This document shows positions 1 through 13,270 of a DNA stretch of 64,000 nucleotides, one piece after another. A program made the position numbers and the translations under genes. Source of the stretch: Podarcis melisellensis (Eukaryota); the NCBI GenBank assembly GCA_964234715.1, contig OZ174280.1; one strand, written 5' to 3'. The notes under the pieces were generated by a model that saw only the letters and a list, made by a program, of their open reading frames with translations, did no database searches and was not told where the DNA came from. Positions within the stretch are counted from its first letter, which is position 1. Each line of letters opens with the position of its first letter.

Positions 1-302
1 AGAAGGAGCAGAAAAGGGATGTACCAAGCTGATCTGAGGGCTGGAACCAGATTGGTGAAGGCTGCTTGAAGGCATCTTGAACATTACCATGACTAAGATG
101 CAGCTGTGGAGAGATTCAAGAAAATCAAAAGCTGTGACGGGTTCCAGGAGAATCGAGAGGTTTACACTTGCCCTGTCCATCTCTCAGTGTAGGTCTGTTG
201 AGTGACCGAAGCAGTTTTAGTCCCAAAGTGGATCAGAAGCCAGACTGGTAAGAATCCAGATAACATGTTGCTAAAACACTACCACACAGCCCAACACTTT
301 GC

Positions 303-571
303 NNNNNNNNNNNNNNNNNNNNNNNNNNNNNNNNNNNNNNNNNNNNNNNNNNNNNNNNNNNNNNNNNNNNNNNNNNNNNNNNNNNNNNNNNNNNNNNNNN
401 NNNNNNNNNNNNNNNNNNNNNNNNNNNNNNNNNNNNNNNNNNNNNNNNNNNNNNNNNNNNNNNNNNNNNNNNNNNNNNNNNNNNNNNNNNNNNNNNNNNN
501 NNNNNNNNNNNNNNNNNNNNNNNNNNNNNNNNNNNNNNNNNNNNNNNNNNNNNNNNNNNNNNNNNNNNNNN
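303..571. other. Assembly gap (N run)
   Basis: Continuous run of n. Confidence 0.99.
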
Positions 572-1474
572 TATCTATCTATCTCACTACTATCACAGTA
601 AAGCTATCCATAGCCATCAGCTCTGACCTTGTCTTCTTGACCCATCAATGTGCTTTCTAATTCTCTGGACAGGATATTTTGCAAAGTTAAGGGGAAACAG
701 TGCAATAGAGTGCCAGCTGGCAGAGATCATTTACTGAGCCATTTTTGTACTCCTCCTAACTTCTTTAGTGCAGAAAAAGGGCCTGTGCTTACTCAAAGGC
801 TACACACTAAGGTGAGACTGGCAGTTTTATGCTTTGTTTCTTTCATGCAAGGTTGTCTCAGCTGTTAAGTTATATCAAATGTATGAGAGGAAGGTCACAG
901 GCCTGAGTGCCAAAGATTCATCAGCAGGCCCCACTAAGCCCCATATCCTGGTTCAAATTCTTTTTAAAAATTCAAAAAGCCTTCTGTTTCCCAGTTGGAA
1001 TGCTCCTCTAGAAGTGCCTCTAAAATTAAGCTTTAAAATAGAAATTTTAAATCCAGCAGAGTATCCCATCCAATTTGGGCACGACCATGATTGCCTCTTT
1101 GTGTTCTTCACAGCTGTGATAGGGGTCGGTTTACACATATAAATTCATAATGTAAGATCAATGCTGTTGGTCCTCAGCATCAATACCACTGAATAAAACA
1201 AGCTGTCCATAGTTCTGTCCCTGTCTTGCTATTTTCTACACAGGAAGTTACCTTACACTATGTCAGACTACCTTGCTAAGTATTGTCTTCTCTGACTGCA
1301 GCACCTCTCCCTCTACCTGCTACCTTTTTTAACGGAAAGTGCTAGGGATTGAACCAAGACATTCTGTGCTCTGCCACTGAGATTTCGTCCATCCTTTACA
1401 AAATTTAAAGTGTGTTTACAAGCAGTGGTAGCCCTTGGTGGCTGCTTTGCTTTATAACTTTTGCTCATAGAGAA

Positions 1475-1880
1475 GTTGCTTCAGCCCCTTGATTATTTTG
1501 TTTGTTCTTTTTACAAACCTCTTTTAACTCTACAATATCCCCTTTGAAGTGTGGTGACCAAAACTATACCCAGAATTCCAACTGTAGTTGTACCATGAGT
1601 TTGCATAGACTTTTTGATATTGGCAGTCTTCAATTCCTGGTGATTCCCAAAATGGATTTTGTCTTTTTCCTACCGGCCGCTTATCAGGATTCATGTTTTC
1701 ATCAAGCTATCCACCACAACCCCAATATCTGTTCAGATAGCTCAGACCCCATCAACTTGTTTTTGAAGTTGGGATTTTTTTGTTCCGAAGTGCATCACTT
1801 TCCACTTGCTTCCATTGCCCATTTCAGTGCTCACCCCTCAGTCTGGAAGGATGCATTTGAAGTTCTTCACTATCTGCTTT
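1475..1880 (-). mobile_element. CR1 LINE ORF2 fragment, degenerate
   Basis: Resembles reverse-oriented CR1 RT-region sequence (tgtggtgaccaaaactatacccagaattccaactgtagt; gtgcatcactttccacttg). Boundaries approximate. Confidence 0.6.
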
Positions 1881-1905
1881 TGTATTGTTTTTATTACTCT
1901 ACATA

Positions 1906-2280
1906 AAAAGGTAAAGGACCCCTGGACGGTTGAGTCCAGTCAAAGGCCACTATGGGGTTGGGGCTCTCATCTCGCTTTCAGGCTGAGGGAGCTGGCGTTT
2001 GTCCACAGACAGTTTTCCGGGTCATGTGGCCAGCATGACTAAACCACTACTGGCGCACGGAGGACTGTGACAAGTGCCAGAGCGCATGGAAGTGCCGCTA
2101 ACCTTCCCACCACAGTGGTACCTATTTATATACTTGCACTGGTATGCTTTCAAACTGCTAGGTGGGCAGGAGCTGGGACAGAGCAACGGCAGCTCACTCC
2201 GTCACGGAGATTGGAACTGCCGACCTTCCGATCTGCAAGCCCAAGAGGCCCAGTGGTTTAGACCACAGCACCACCCGCGT
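1906..2280 (-). mobile_element. Sauria SINE (Squam1-type)
   Basis: (ACCTTT)n tail read as aaaggtaaagg; diagnostic gtcatgtggccagcatgact; tRNA-like head ending ...gtggtttagaccacagcaccacccgcgt. Homologous to the copy at 60894-61266. Confidence 0.9.
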
Positions 2281-3723
2281 ACTTCTGTGAATGTATTCTA
2301 CAACTTCATTCATCCAAATGCCTTAGGTACATTCAAAGCATTTGGGCAATCAGAAAATTAACTTGTCTTGCTAATATTATGTAGGACTGGTATGAGTTGC
2401 AGAAAAGACATCTAGTAATTATATTATTTTTCTTTTAAGATTTTGATTAATTAAAGATACATTGAGCGTTTTTACAGGCCTTTTAACCTGGCAAATTATG
2501 GACTGTTCAGCCATTTAGTAGAATAAAATAAATAGGCCAATGGAGGGTCCTATTGCTATCACAGCATAATCATGTGTATAAATATGGAGGGAAATGTGCT
2601 TATATGGCAACATTGCATTGGAATGACATGTGGTTGATGGCAATGTAGGTTACATTGTATCGACAGAGGACATATTGATTAATTCAATCTATCTAAGTGG
2701 CAAGTACATCATCAGTGATTTGTCATTAATGTGGTATTTACAGTTATCCCTGGGGATTTACATTATGAGAAATAGCATGTGGCAACAAAAGTAGAAATAA
2801 ATTATCACCACAAAATATCTTTCTCTTCTGACAATAGCACATATGCTAATTATTGTGGTGATATATAGATATAGACCAAACAAAAGTGGCAATAGGTTTG
2901 GAACACAGACATGCTCCTAAGTTTCTCCCAGCATTGAACTATTACAAGGTAATATGTGGAAGGGTTACTGTCTGTCTCATACTATGGCATGTTTAAAGCA
3001 GACTACTTCTGGACCCTTGGGGCAATGCTCACATTATGATGGAAATCCACAAGCACAACCCAACCTCCCCAATTTTTGCGAAATACTGCCTCCACCTCCC
3101 AAAGTATTTTAAAAACAGAGCTTTGGGGGCTGCCATGAAAAGGTGAAGGAGACCTTTGGCTCAAGCATGGGAGTAGCTTTGTGTTCTGGGCCTTCTTCAG
3201 ACACATTTCAAGATAATTTTAGACATGAGAATTACCTGGAGAACTTCCACTGAAGGTCTGGAACATTAAACTAAAAAAGATGCATTCTTTTAAAATTATC
3301 TTAAATCTTTCCATCTTTGAGGAAGACGAGACATTTTTAAAAACCCACATATATAACACACATATATAAAATTATCTACAATGCAAAGAGTACATGTGTA
3401 AATCTCCACTAATAAGGAATTAGCGCAAAGACACTTTAGAAAACTGCTCAGCTTTGGGCTCCCATAAGTTGCCAGCAGGGCAGAGTGCCGCTGTTGGGAA
3501 GGAAAGCACAAAGACTGCTTTGCAACATGCCTGTGGACACTTTTGCTTGGTCTTTTATGTGCTCCTGCTTGACAGCAGCCCCATGTAAAGCCAAACAAGG
3601 AGGAACTACTTTCAGGCTTGCTAACAATTCTTCCAAAGGGGAGGTCTTTTCCCCCTGCACTCTTCTGTCCCTTAGGAAGTTTTCAATAAATAAAGCATCC
3701 CCTGGCATTTGAAGAGTTAATTT

Positions 3724-3751
3724 GCTGCCATCTAGCGGCCCTCTAGTAGTT
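3724..3751 (-). promoter_or_regulatory. CTCF motif with an overlapping second weaker motif
   Basis: Minus strand GGCCGCTAGATGGCAGC matches the CTCF core CCRSYAGRKGGCR; adjacent ACTACTAGAGGGCCG is a second, weaker match. Confidence 0.55.
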
Positions 3752-4165
3752 TTGCAAGCTGTCCTTCGAAGTGCCCTGGAGACAGAGAAGGATCTGTAAA
3801 TGGTGTGATATGCTTTGGCATCACCTGTGCTGATACTATGGGCAGGAGGAGGAGGAGGAGCATGCTGTCCCTGCAAAATTATTTGCCCAAGGATTCATGA
3901 TCACTTTGTTGATTGTTGGAAGCAGGTTTCTCAAGCACCTTTCAAGGAAAACCTGGCCTTGTTTCGTTTGGAGGGAAAGAAAAAACACCCCACAATTTGC
4001 TTATAGTTTCCCTATGCAAAGATAAATAATTAAAATAAAACAGACAGTATGGGATGGCATGCAAGGTCAGTCCAGCCTTGCAAGATAGTAAAGTGATCTG
4101 CTTCAGAGGGCACCGTATTGAGGAAGGAAAGAATTCATTCCGAATGGTGCAGAAAGGCTTTTCTT

Positions 4166-4288
4166 AGCATGAGCCTCTTAGTCTCAGGGTCGTAGGTGAG
4201 AGACCCATGTGGGGCAAAAAGACCCCTGCATTGCAGGGGGTTGGACTAGATGGCCCTCAGGGTCCCTTCCAACTCTACGATTCGATGA
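4166..4288 (+). mobile_element. tRNA-Lys-derived SINE with CR1-like tail, 5' truncated
   Basis: agcatgagcctcttagtctcagggtcgtaggtgagagacccatgtggggc resembles the 3' part of tRNA-Lys(CTT); it is followed by cctgcattgcagggggttggactagatg...gtcccttccaactcta (CR1 3' end type). Confidence 0.75.
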
Positions 4289-5514
4289 AAAGTGTTAGCA
4301 CTAGCAAGGGGGCTGGGGGACATTTGGGTTCTGCTCTGAAGAGCAAAATGTATTGGACTTTGCGGCGGAGGCAACACTCAAGTATATTTCATATACTTAG
4401 GAAGACTAATTGAAGTATACATCCAACTGATGCACACCTGTGTTAACTATCCTGCATACACACCATACGTTTAAAGCACATTATTTTCCTGGGAACTGTG
4501 GTTTACCCATTACAGAGCTACAGTGTCCATTACTCTTAACAAACTACAGTTCCCATGTTTTTTCGGAGGGAATTATGTGTTTGGGTGACAATTGAAATTA
4601 TTTCTTTGTCATTTTTTTTTTAATTAACCTGGCTGCGTTGTGTTCTTTTACAGTTGGATTTCCTTATAGAGTCTCCATTTTCTCAGTGCCAGTTGTCAAA
4701 ACTTGTTTATCCAGCTTCATGTAATGCCTTTCAATATGACCACTCGGTAATCATAAATCTCTGCAACTAGCTTGTTCAGTTACCTGAATTTTTGTTACCA
4801 AAACATTCTAAACAGCCTCACATGGCACTTACAAGTTGTATTGCATCCGTGCCTTGTTTTTTTTTTAGATATCTGTTTTCATGCAAATATTGCAGCTTTC
4901 TTTCCCTGCAGTGCAGGGGAAAGCTATCTGTGGGGAGTGAATTGTGTACTGCGGCAAAAGGCCTCTCTTTTCTATATATATATAATTTGAATTGATTTTC
5001 AGTTAATAACTTTTAACCTCCTGAACCAAAGAGTCTGTTGCATGGTACATGCATCAAAGCCTGGATGATAGGCTGGAAACTGCTTTCCTATGTGTCTTCA
5101 CATCCAGCTGCATAATCCTGGTACCTGCTGAAGATCTAAGTGAAGATTTGAGATGCTAATAGCTGCTTCTTTTTCTCCAAATGGACTAGTTAAAATCCTA
5201 CAACATTTAAACAATTTAGGCAAATAATGTAGCTGTTCAAAACAAATCCCTGGTTTGAGCAAGCCATTAAGCCACAGGAAGAGAGAAAAGCAGTCCTGTA
5301 TTCTAATTTCAGTTTGATTCTCTGAGTGCTATTGCTTAGGAGGACAAAAATAGCCCAGTGAGAACTGAGCATGCTCTGTGGCATGGAATGCTGACCAGCT
5401 ATTAGGAGAGGGTGTAGAGAAATTGGTGGCAGGGGGTGGGGGAGAGAGAAAGGAATGGAGTGGCTGGAACAATGAAGAGAAGTACTCATTCAAATTATCA
5501 AGGTGGGGTGCAAT

Positions 5515-5620
5515 ATTTACAACACAAAACTCTTGCTCATATATTAATAATATCTGTTAGTTTTTAAGGTGCTACTAGACTTTTTTTTTGCTGAAAAAGA
5601 CTAACATAGCAGCTACCTGC
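5515..5620 (+). mobile_element. Degenerate Penelope-like element terminal fragment
   Basis: gttagtttttaaggtgctactagac resembles ttggtctttaaggtgctactgga in the 16201-16425 element; no ribozyme core present. Confidence 0.45.
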
Positions 5621-6639
5621 TGGTGGTAATCAAGTCTTTGAATGATTGCACCCAAACAACACCATCCATGAACAAAAGAGAGTTATCAACAGACTTGGGG
5701 TAACTGAGATTGCAGAAGTACAAAAATAAACTTTAGGAAAACGCTTCTAAGACAGAGCTGGGAAACTTTTTTGGCCTGGCAGGACAGATCTTTATCTCTC
5801 CCCCCCCACCCCTGCTTGTGGACCAACGTTGACAGGTCGGCAGGGCTATTGATCTGTCTGCCATCTAACATCATGATACTGTCTGCAGCTGGCTGATAGG
5901 TAGGTGATCCCACCCGTCAGAGTTGTCCTTTGGAGTTGGGGTTATGGGTCTGTTTCACCAGTGCATTCCCTACTGGGAACATTTTAGCAAAGGAGATCCT
6001 AGCAGATGAGTGGAAGGTTCAATCTTGTTGGCTATGAGGGTCTTCTTCACCCAAGCATTCTCCACAGGGAATGAGCTAGTGAATCGGTATCCAATGAAAT
6101 TGAGCCCCACTCCTTTCCCATCAACTGGGTGATGCCAGCTGATGGACAAATGGGCATGGTTTGGGGTAAATGGCTTCACAGGCCAGCTAGAAAAAGAATC
6201 TCCATAACAAAGATAGGACAATCAAGGTAATATTCTGCTGTCCTACTGCTTTGACTGATTTACAATCAAGAATCACAATTGATCTTGAGCGTAAATTGGG
6301 GAATACGGCACTAGGCAATTTAAATGACTGCCTGGGACAGTACATTGAAGGGAGAAGGTGGCATATTTTGAGCAATGGCAATGTTAGATAGTAGTAATGG
6401 TCCATCACTAGCATTCCTGTGTTGTGTTTTTGCTTATGTTTCTCTCAAGGACTGCAGGATGTAAGAGGAGGCAAGCAAATGCAGTGCAATAGATTTTAAT
6501 AAGTGAGGACTTTTAAGAATTGGATTGCAGTTTTATGAAAAATGTGCTCAACGAACATCATCCTAACCAGAAATGCTTGTGTCAAATAGGACTATGTGAC
6601 CATGAAATTACATGAAGCAGTAGCTGCAGGTAGCAGATT

Positions 6640-7410
6640 TCAGAAGGGCAGCATTTTCTTATCTCCAAAGTCTAATTGGGAGCAGTGACCATGGTGCTAT
6701 TAAATTAAACGTACATGTAAATGGCCATATGCCAAGAAAATCCAACATGGTCACATTTGACTTCAAAAGAAGAAATTTCCCCCAAATGAGGGGATTGGTA
6801 AAAAGGAAGTTGAAAGGCAAAGTCAAGAGGGTCAAATCATTCCAAAATGCCTGGGAGTTGTTTAAAAACACAATAGTGGAAGCTCATCTGGAGTGGATAC
6901 CGAAGATGAGGAAAGGTATCATGAGGGCCAAGAGCTTGCCAAAGCGGTTGATGAACAGAGTCAAAAGAAGGCTTCCTTCAAAAATAAAAAGGAAGTCTTG
7001 TGCAAACAAAGAGGACACAAGGAGCTGAAGGAGATTGCAGAGAAGCTGGACTAATTATTTGGATTTGTGGACATCCAATGAAACTGAATATTGGAATATT
7101 CAGGACACATTAAAGAAAATGCTAAGCAGTTCATAATTAAACCATGGAACTTGCTGCTACAGGAGCCAGTGATGGCCACCAACTTAGATGGCTTTACAAG
7201 AGGATTTGACAATTTCATGGCGAATAAGGCTACTAACCATGATGGCTGTGCTCTGCTTCCATGGTTGGAGGTGGTAATACCTCTGAATACTAGATTCTGG
7301 AAACCACAGGAAGCCCTGGTTGTAGGCTTCCCACAGGCATCTGGTTGGCCGGAACAGGGTGCTAGGTTAGATGGCACCACTGGCCCAATCCAGAAGGCTG
7401 CTCTTATATT
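6640..7410 (+). mobile_element. CR1 LINE remnant (endonuclease/linker piece plus 3' end)
   Basis: GSSDHGAIKLN (APE C-terminal SDH motif) and FDFKRRNFPQMR...NAWELFKNTI linker, then C-terminal GHPMKLN...WNLL...ATNLDGFTRGFDNFM and a CR1-type 3' UTR. The RT core is missing. Confidence 0.75.
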
Positions 7411-9305
7411 CTATTGGTACATGCTGTTAAAACAAAAATGCACAGGGAGAGGGTTGGAATCAATTTACTAGTTTGCTGCAGGTGCAAAAATGTCTAAAGA
7501 TGGTTATATACACTTATGCCTTATGGCTGGTATTTTTCACCATCCCTGACTTATCATCTTCAGTGTGTGAGAGCTTGTAGTGCTTTTGTAAATAGTTATT
7601 TCAGGACCGAATCCTGACCTAGCAAGCTGTGACTCAAATGAAGCTTTACTTGATGGCTTTGGTTGCCGCCCCATCTGTAGAAGAACTGCAGCAATTTGAG
7701 TGAGCCGTTTGTGTTTGGTAACATTTAGGATAAACAACACTCAAGTCCAGTTTACTCTTTTGTGTCTTACATACGGCCCCTGGTATCTGCTCTGGGCAGG
7801 GTAGCCATATAAGGGATAAAGTTATGCATGTCTATAAAGCAGTGGAGCTGTGTGTGTGTGTTTAGACTTACAGTACAGTCATTATTTTAACAGCACTTAT
7901 TGTGACTTAAGGTCAACATTCGTCTTCCAGAATTTTCTTTATTGAAGGAACGAAGCTTTATGCCATAACCCCATGTCTCTTCTAATTGAATGAGTGCTTC
8001 CTTTGTCCTTGAAGCAACAAAGAAATATGTGCATCTAGTCTCTGCAACATGGAGAGCATCTACTTTCAGATTTGGCATGTCTCAACTTTAAAACGAGCTT
8101 CTTCTTTTTTTAAAGGTGTATTGGCACACCCTTGCTTCAATTGCAATGCACAGTACTGAAGGACATTGTTGTGGCTTTCTAGAACAAAGAATTGGCAACT
8201 ACCACAGCTCAGACACTCACATACCTATGTGTTTTAGGCATTAATGAGGTCTGTTGGACGGTTAGGGTCCTTAAGCTTTTCCTTAGCTCTGCTACACATA
8301 CCTGCAAACTTCTGAATATGCCAGAAAAAATGCTTTCAAATAACTTGAGTTGGTTAACTGGAATGAAAAGACTTTGAATAGTGTAGTTCCTTAATAACCA
8401 TGCTTGTTGCTGTTGCCACGTGCTTTCCTTCCTGCATAGAATGAGAGAAGATTGTTCCAGTGTGTGGCACAGAGAAAATGCAGCAAAGGATAATGTAGAG
8501 GTGCCCACATGTGCTGGAAGTAGCTTTTGATACATCACCATGACATGTATGGATGCAGGGTGGCCACTTCTGCATTGTGATAAAAATGGGGATGCGGATT
8601 TGCAAAAGCTAATTTGTGTATATAGGTGCAAATTTAGAAATAATTAATACACTGTGCTGCCTGAGCAGCGAGTACCTCAGAAAAATCCAAGTACTGATAC
8701 AGAGAACATTGTTCCCTAGTTTTGCTAGTCTAACACACTGGTGTTTATTTCATAGTGCTATGTTGTTCTACTGTATGTAACATACTTCCTAACATTTTTC
8801 ATTTCTCTTCAGTCTCTTTGCTATTGTGCCCTGCAAATTATTTCACAGCACATCATTCCATTAGCACAAGCCCTTGCCTTTGCTCCTTAACCTGAACTAC
8901 CACTTGCATAATGAGTGGCAACTTGGGAACCTGCTGTCTAGATCAGCCTACCTGAATCTAGTTTTTATGTCACTGTCACTTCTAAGCTACTAGTTGCATT
9001 GTATTTCTACAAGTATAGTTAACTGTCACTCTGAACTCCTGCACTACCAGTTTTAACTTTAATTTAGACTGGAATCCCTTAACTAGGAATAGTCTCTTCA
9101 AACTATGACTCAGAAGAAGTAGAGACTTTCTGGGTAGTTTTTTAGTAGCTTGTATTTAGCTGCTGTGGTGGAGGAAAAGCATTTGATGTGCAAAAACTGT
9201 CACAGGAGAGTGACACCCAATTATTGCTACTATCAGTTAGATGTATCTCATGCTAAATTCCTTAACCTTTAAACAGGAGGTGTTCATACTCTAGATAGAC
9301 TACGG

Positions 9306-9441
9306 CAGTGTTTCCCAACCTTGTGCCTCCAGATGTTTTTGGCCTACAACTCCCATCATCCCTGACCACTGGTCTTGCTAGCTAGGGATGATGGGAGTTG
9401 TAGGCCAAAAACATCTGGAGGCACAAGGTTGGGAAACACTG
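9306..9441. mobile_element. hAT-type palindromic MITE
   Basis: Perfect 58-bp inverted arms, 20-nt spacer, 8-bp TSD GACTACGG (9298-9305 and 9442-9449). Confidence 0.92.
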
Positions 9442-12408
9442 GACTACGGTATGTTAGATATCAGAGTACAAGTCAGCTTGACAAAACCCAGGTACACTTT
9501 GTTAATAACCATGTATTATACCTCGAAGAGACATAAGTGCAGGAAAGACGAAAAAGCTCTGTGCTTGTCAATACTGAGAGCTGGAGAATTAAAACATGGT
9601 TCTCTAGCTTTAAATCAGAAGATTAATCGTTTAATGCTATATGTTATATGTTTTGGAAGTCTACATTCTCATTGTGTTCAGTGGGCATATTTTCCTATCA
9701 CCAATAATTGTTCCACTGCATTGTTCCACTGCATTTCAGAAGTAACCACACTCCAGTAGCTGCACTTTATTTAAAGAGATTTCTTTATCATTTAACTTTA
9801 TTACAGCAGGCACAGCCTGGACGCTGTTCGAGTGACAAGGACTATTTCCTTAATTACTGTGCATTGATAATAGCATTTACTCTGGCAGCTCCAGTGCTAT
9901 TCAATCAAGCGAGATTCAATACAAAAAAAGCTGATTTGCCAAAAGGAAGATTAGCATAAGTGCCTGCAGTCACATTCTATTTTTAAAGGTAAAGTTACTT
10001 CTTGTCAGAACTTTATTAAAAGCCATAACATGATTACTATCATCTACCTGCTATTGTTAAAAAATAAATAAATCTTAAAAATCTGCAAAGTTCAATATTC
10101 AAGCTAAGGACATTTAACATGCTCCCTCCTCCCACCCTTAAGTATTTGATCACATCTGATTTACAAAAGCAACGGCAGGGTTTATTTCTCATCCTACTCT
10201 GACGTAGATACTCAAATTTATTGTACCAAGTTTTCCTCCCCCTAATTTTGTATTGCTGCACTTAGTCATCGCTTGATTAAGTGATGACTAAGGAGATTGC
10301 TTTTTAAAATGGAACATTTCTCTTTTTTTTGCAGTGGATCTAGCATAAACTGGAAATGCTGACTTCAGCATTACGCACATCTCTTAGCAGAAGGTTAAAC
10401 AGGACATTTAAATATTATGGCAAGCTATGATGAGATCAAAGCTCAGAAAACAAATGGTAACCGGATAACTGGTGTGCTCAATTATCAAACGTAGAAGATT
10501 GAGGACCACATTATGACCTGTACACGTAAATGAGTCCAGCAGGTCAAACCACTAAAGGAAAGGCATATATATTCCATAGCTTCCTCTTAACAAAATGGCA
10601 GGCAAACAGTTTTAAATCCTTCTAAAATGACTGAGAGTGTTGGATAGCCATCTTTTTACAAAGACTCTTGTTGCCGACTATATCTATCTAGCTATCTAGC
10701 CAGGGGTTGTTCTGGGCTTGTTCCTTCACAGCTGGCTATTGTTGTGAGAATAAGAGGACATTACTTCCATAAGTAAAACTATGAAGTCAGTAACTGAGCT
10801 CGCTCTTTCAGCAACTCGTTCCACAAGTGCTGATGTAGGCTTAGAGACACAGTGCATTCCCCTCTTATTTTAGCTCTTATGAAATGGACTTGACTTTAAA
10901 CAACAGTTAAGACTTTCCAGGTGGCAACAAAGCTGACAAAAGTGAAATTGCCAACGGTAGTTGTGCTGAAATATTAAGAGACTTTTTATACCTCTCTTCA
11001 TACCGGGAAAAGCAAAAATGCTTTATGGTTGGAAGAAGTGAGAGAAAGAAGACAAGGGAAATGACAGCAATGACCACTGTTTATATTCCTCACGAACAGC
11101 AAGATGAAAATGCTACAAACATTTAGCTCTGAATTGGGGAGAGGGACAGTGATGTAAGTGTTCCTAGGGAACAATATTCTTATTCTGTTGAAGGAGGTGA
11201 GCCAAGACACTTAAGCTCCAGAGAACCTTTAGCACAGGAAGCTATTTATCATAACAAGCTTGGTTGAGACTGCTCCCCATACTGAACCAATTAGAGTAGC
11301 TTATTTCGTCATACTTCATAACTTGCAATGATAGGTTTCCAAGCCTGGCACAGTGCAGTAATTGAATTTTGATCAAACACACATGGCCCATAACCCACTA
11401 TGTGAAACTTTCAGAGCAGTTCGCAGCTTTTAAATATCCAGTCAACTTGTTGCCAAAAGTACAGGATGTACTTGATGCAAGGGAGGGAGAGAATGAATGA
11501 GCTGGAACTTGGTACATCTGTAAAACAACATTTTTTTGTTTGACTTCTCCTCTTGCTTTTAAAGAGCAGTCAGGAAAGGGATGCTGAATCTGAGGTCATT
11601 TCTTCCTGCCTTTACTTTTATGTTCGCACATACGCTTTTCGGAGTTTTTATGCAATTTGTATTAAGTCCATTGTGCAGTAATTCATGATGCATTCTCCAT
11701 AATTTATGTCCATTGTTTATTCTTATTTAACAAAATAATTTAAAAGCAAAGTCACTGTCCTATTCTTGTCAGGGCTATGGTTATTGTCAAAACCATGGCC
11801 TGTGTATGATGAAGCTGTCTTCTGCTTTTTGGCATGGGCAGAGACAACGAGACAACTGATGACACAGATGCTTCCATCAAATCATGTCCTTTGAAGGCAG
11901 ACCCCTTCCATTAGTTATTGTTCCGCTGAACTCTGGAAGAAATCAAAGTATTAAATGATTAATTCCTGTCACTGGGAAAGCATGAGTGGTTGTATAGCTT
12001 CCATGAATGAAAGACAGTTTGTGAAGCTGCCTCTTGTCCCACAGGAACCCAGAGCACAATAGTAGCCTCTTGAGTCCCCTCTGCAACAGCACAGTCAAAC
12101 ACACATCCCCCTCAAAGCCTGAACAACAGCTGCCCCCATTTGCAGCAAGAATGGAGCTTGGATTTTCTTCACTTTTGTTCTCCTTTCTGCTCCCTTTCAT
12201 AGGACTAAAATTCTATAAGGCTGGTTATAGGATAGACATGAGCTGCATCTTCTCTTCCAACCATACCTTTTATCTATGTTCATTCCCAGGGCTTGTCATC
12301 GGGATACTACTGTACGACACAGCTGCTGCTGGAGACCCATGGGTGGCAGCTAGGTTAGCTGACTTCTGAGCCTCTTCCTCTTTGCTCTACGTCAATCTAT
12401 AGCTTAAA

Positions 12409-12530
12409 GCAGGGATAGCCACTGTGGTGTCTCCAGATATTGCTGGACTCTAGTGAGCATGACCAATGGCCAGGGATGATATGAGCTGTAGTCCGGTAAC
12501 ATCTGGAGGGTACATGCTGACAAACTCTGA
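12409..12530. mobile_element. Older hAT-type MITE, same family as 9306-9441
   Basis: ctccagatattgctggact ... agtccggtaacatctggag arms; near-TSD cttaaag on both sides. Confidence 0.6.
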
Positions 12531-13004
12531 CTTAAAGTATAGCTAAGCACATTAAACTATTGCATACCCTAGAGATAAACACCAGTAGCAGCAAAATGCA
12601 TATGTGAGCTAGTAGACAGCTATAAATCACCTACTTCTTGTCACCTGGTTGTGAACCAGCAAGGAAATAGACACATTTCAATAGCAAACTTTTATACACT
12701 GGAAAACAATGCAAATGAATGGTATCCTTGGTACGATTTGTAATTGCAGGATACAAATACATTCTGATCGCTTGAAGTTGCAAACTTGCATGCCTGCAAA
12801 CTTACAATACAGAAGTTTAATATGGAAGTCATTTAATATGATCCTGAGAAATATCTGTCGGCTGTTTTCAACTGTATTGGGAAACCACATGGCACCAACT
12901 GAGCCAAAGAACTCACTGGCTTAGCACAAATGAGCAAATGTGTGGGCTCCTGGTGAAATCCGTCACTGTGCTCCTCCCCAGTCATTTTGCACCTGCCATA
13001 AGAT

Positions 13005-13270
13005 GTGGTCTGGCTTAGGGTGCCATCTGAACCTGGGCTCATGATTTAGCTCTCCCTGACAAACCATGAGCTGTAAAAACCATAGGACAAACCTTAGTTT
13101 CAGTTTGTGATTTGTCTAGAGACAGCTAAGTCATGAGCTTGAGTTTGAATGCTAAGCCAAACCACAGCTTAGCACAGCAGCAAATCAAGTAGGGAGGAGC
13201 AAAGTGGCCATGATCTCTTCCCTGGGAGCTGCCACATTTTTATTAAGCCATGCTTTGCCGTAACATGATA
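13005..13270. repeat. Old palindromic interspersed repeat; related copies near 35000-35300 and 53050-53200
   Basis: Exact 17-mer aatgctaagccaaacca shared with 35013-35029; internal imperfect inverted symmetry. Boundaries approximate. Confidence 0.4.

Noticed and set aside
202-660. ORFs of 152 aa and 100 aa
   Set aside because: Artefacts of the N gap.
7887-8078. 63-aa minus-strand ATG ORF (MPNLKVDAL...)
   Set aside because: No recognisable homology or splice context; length expected by chance.
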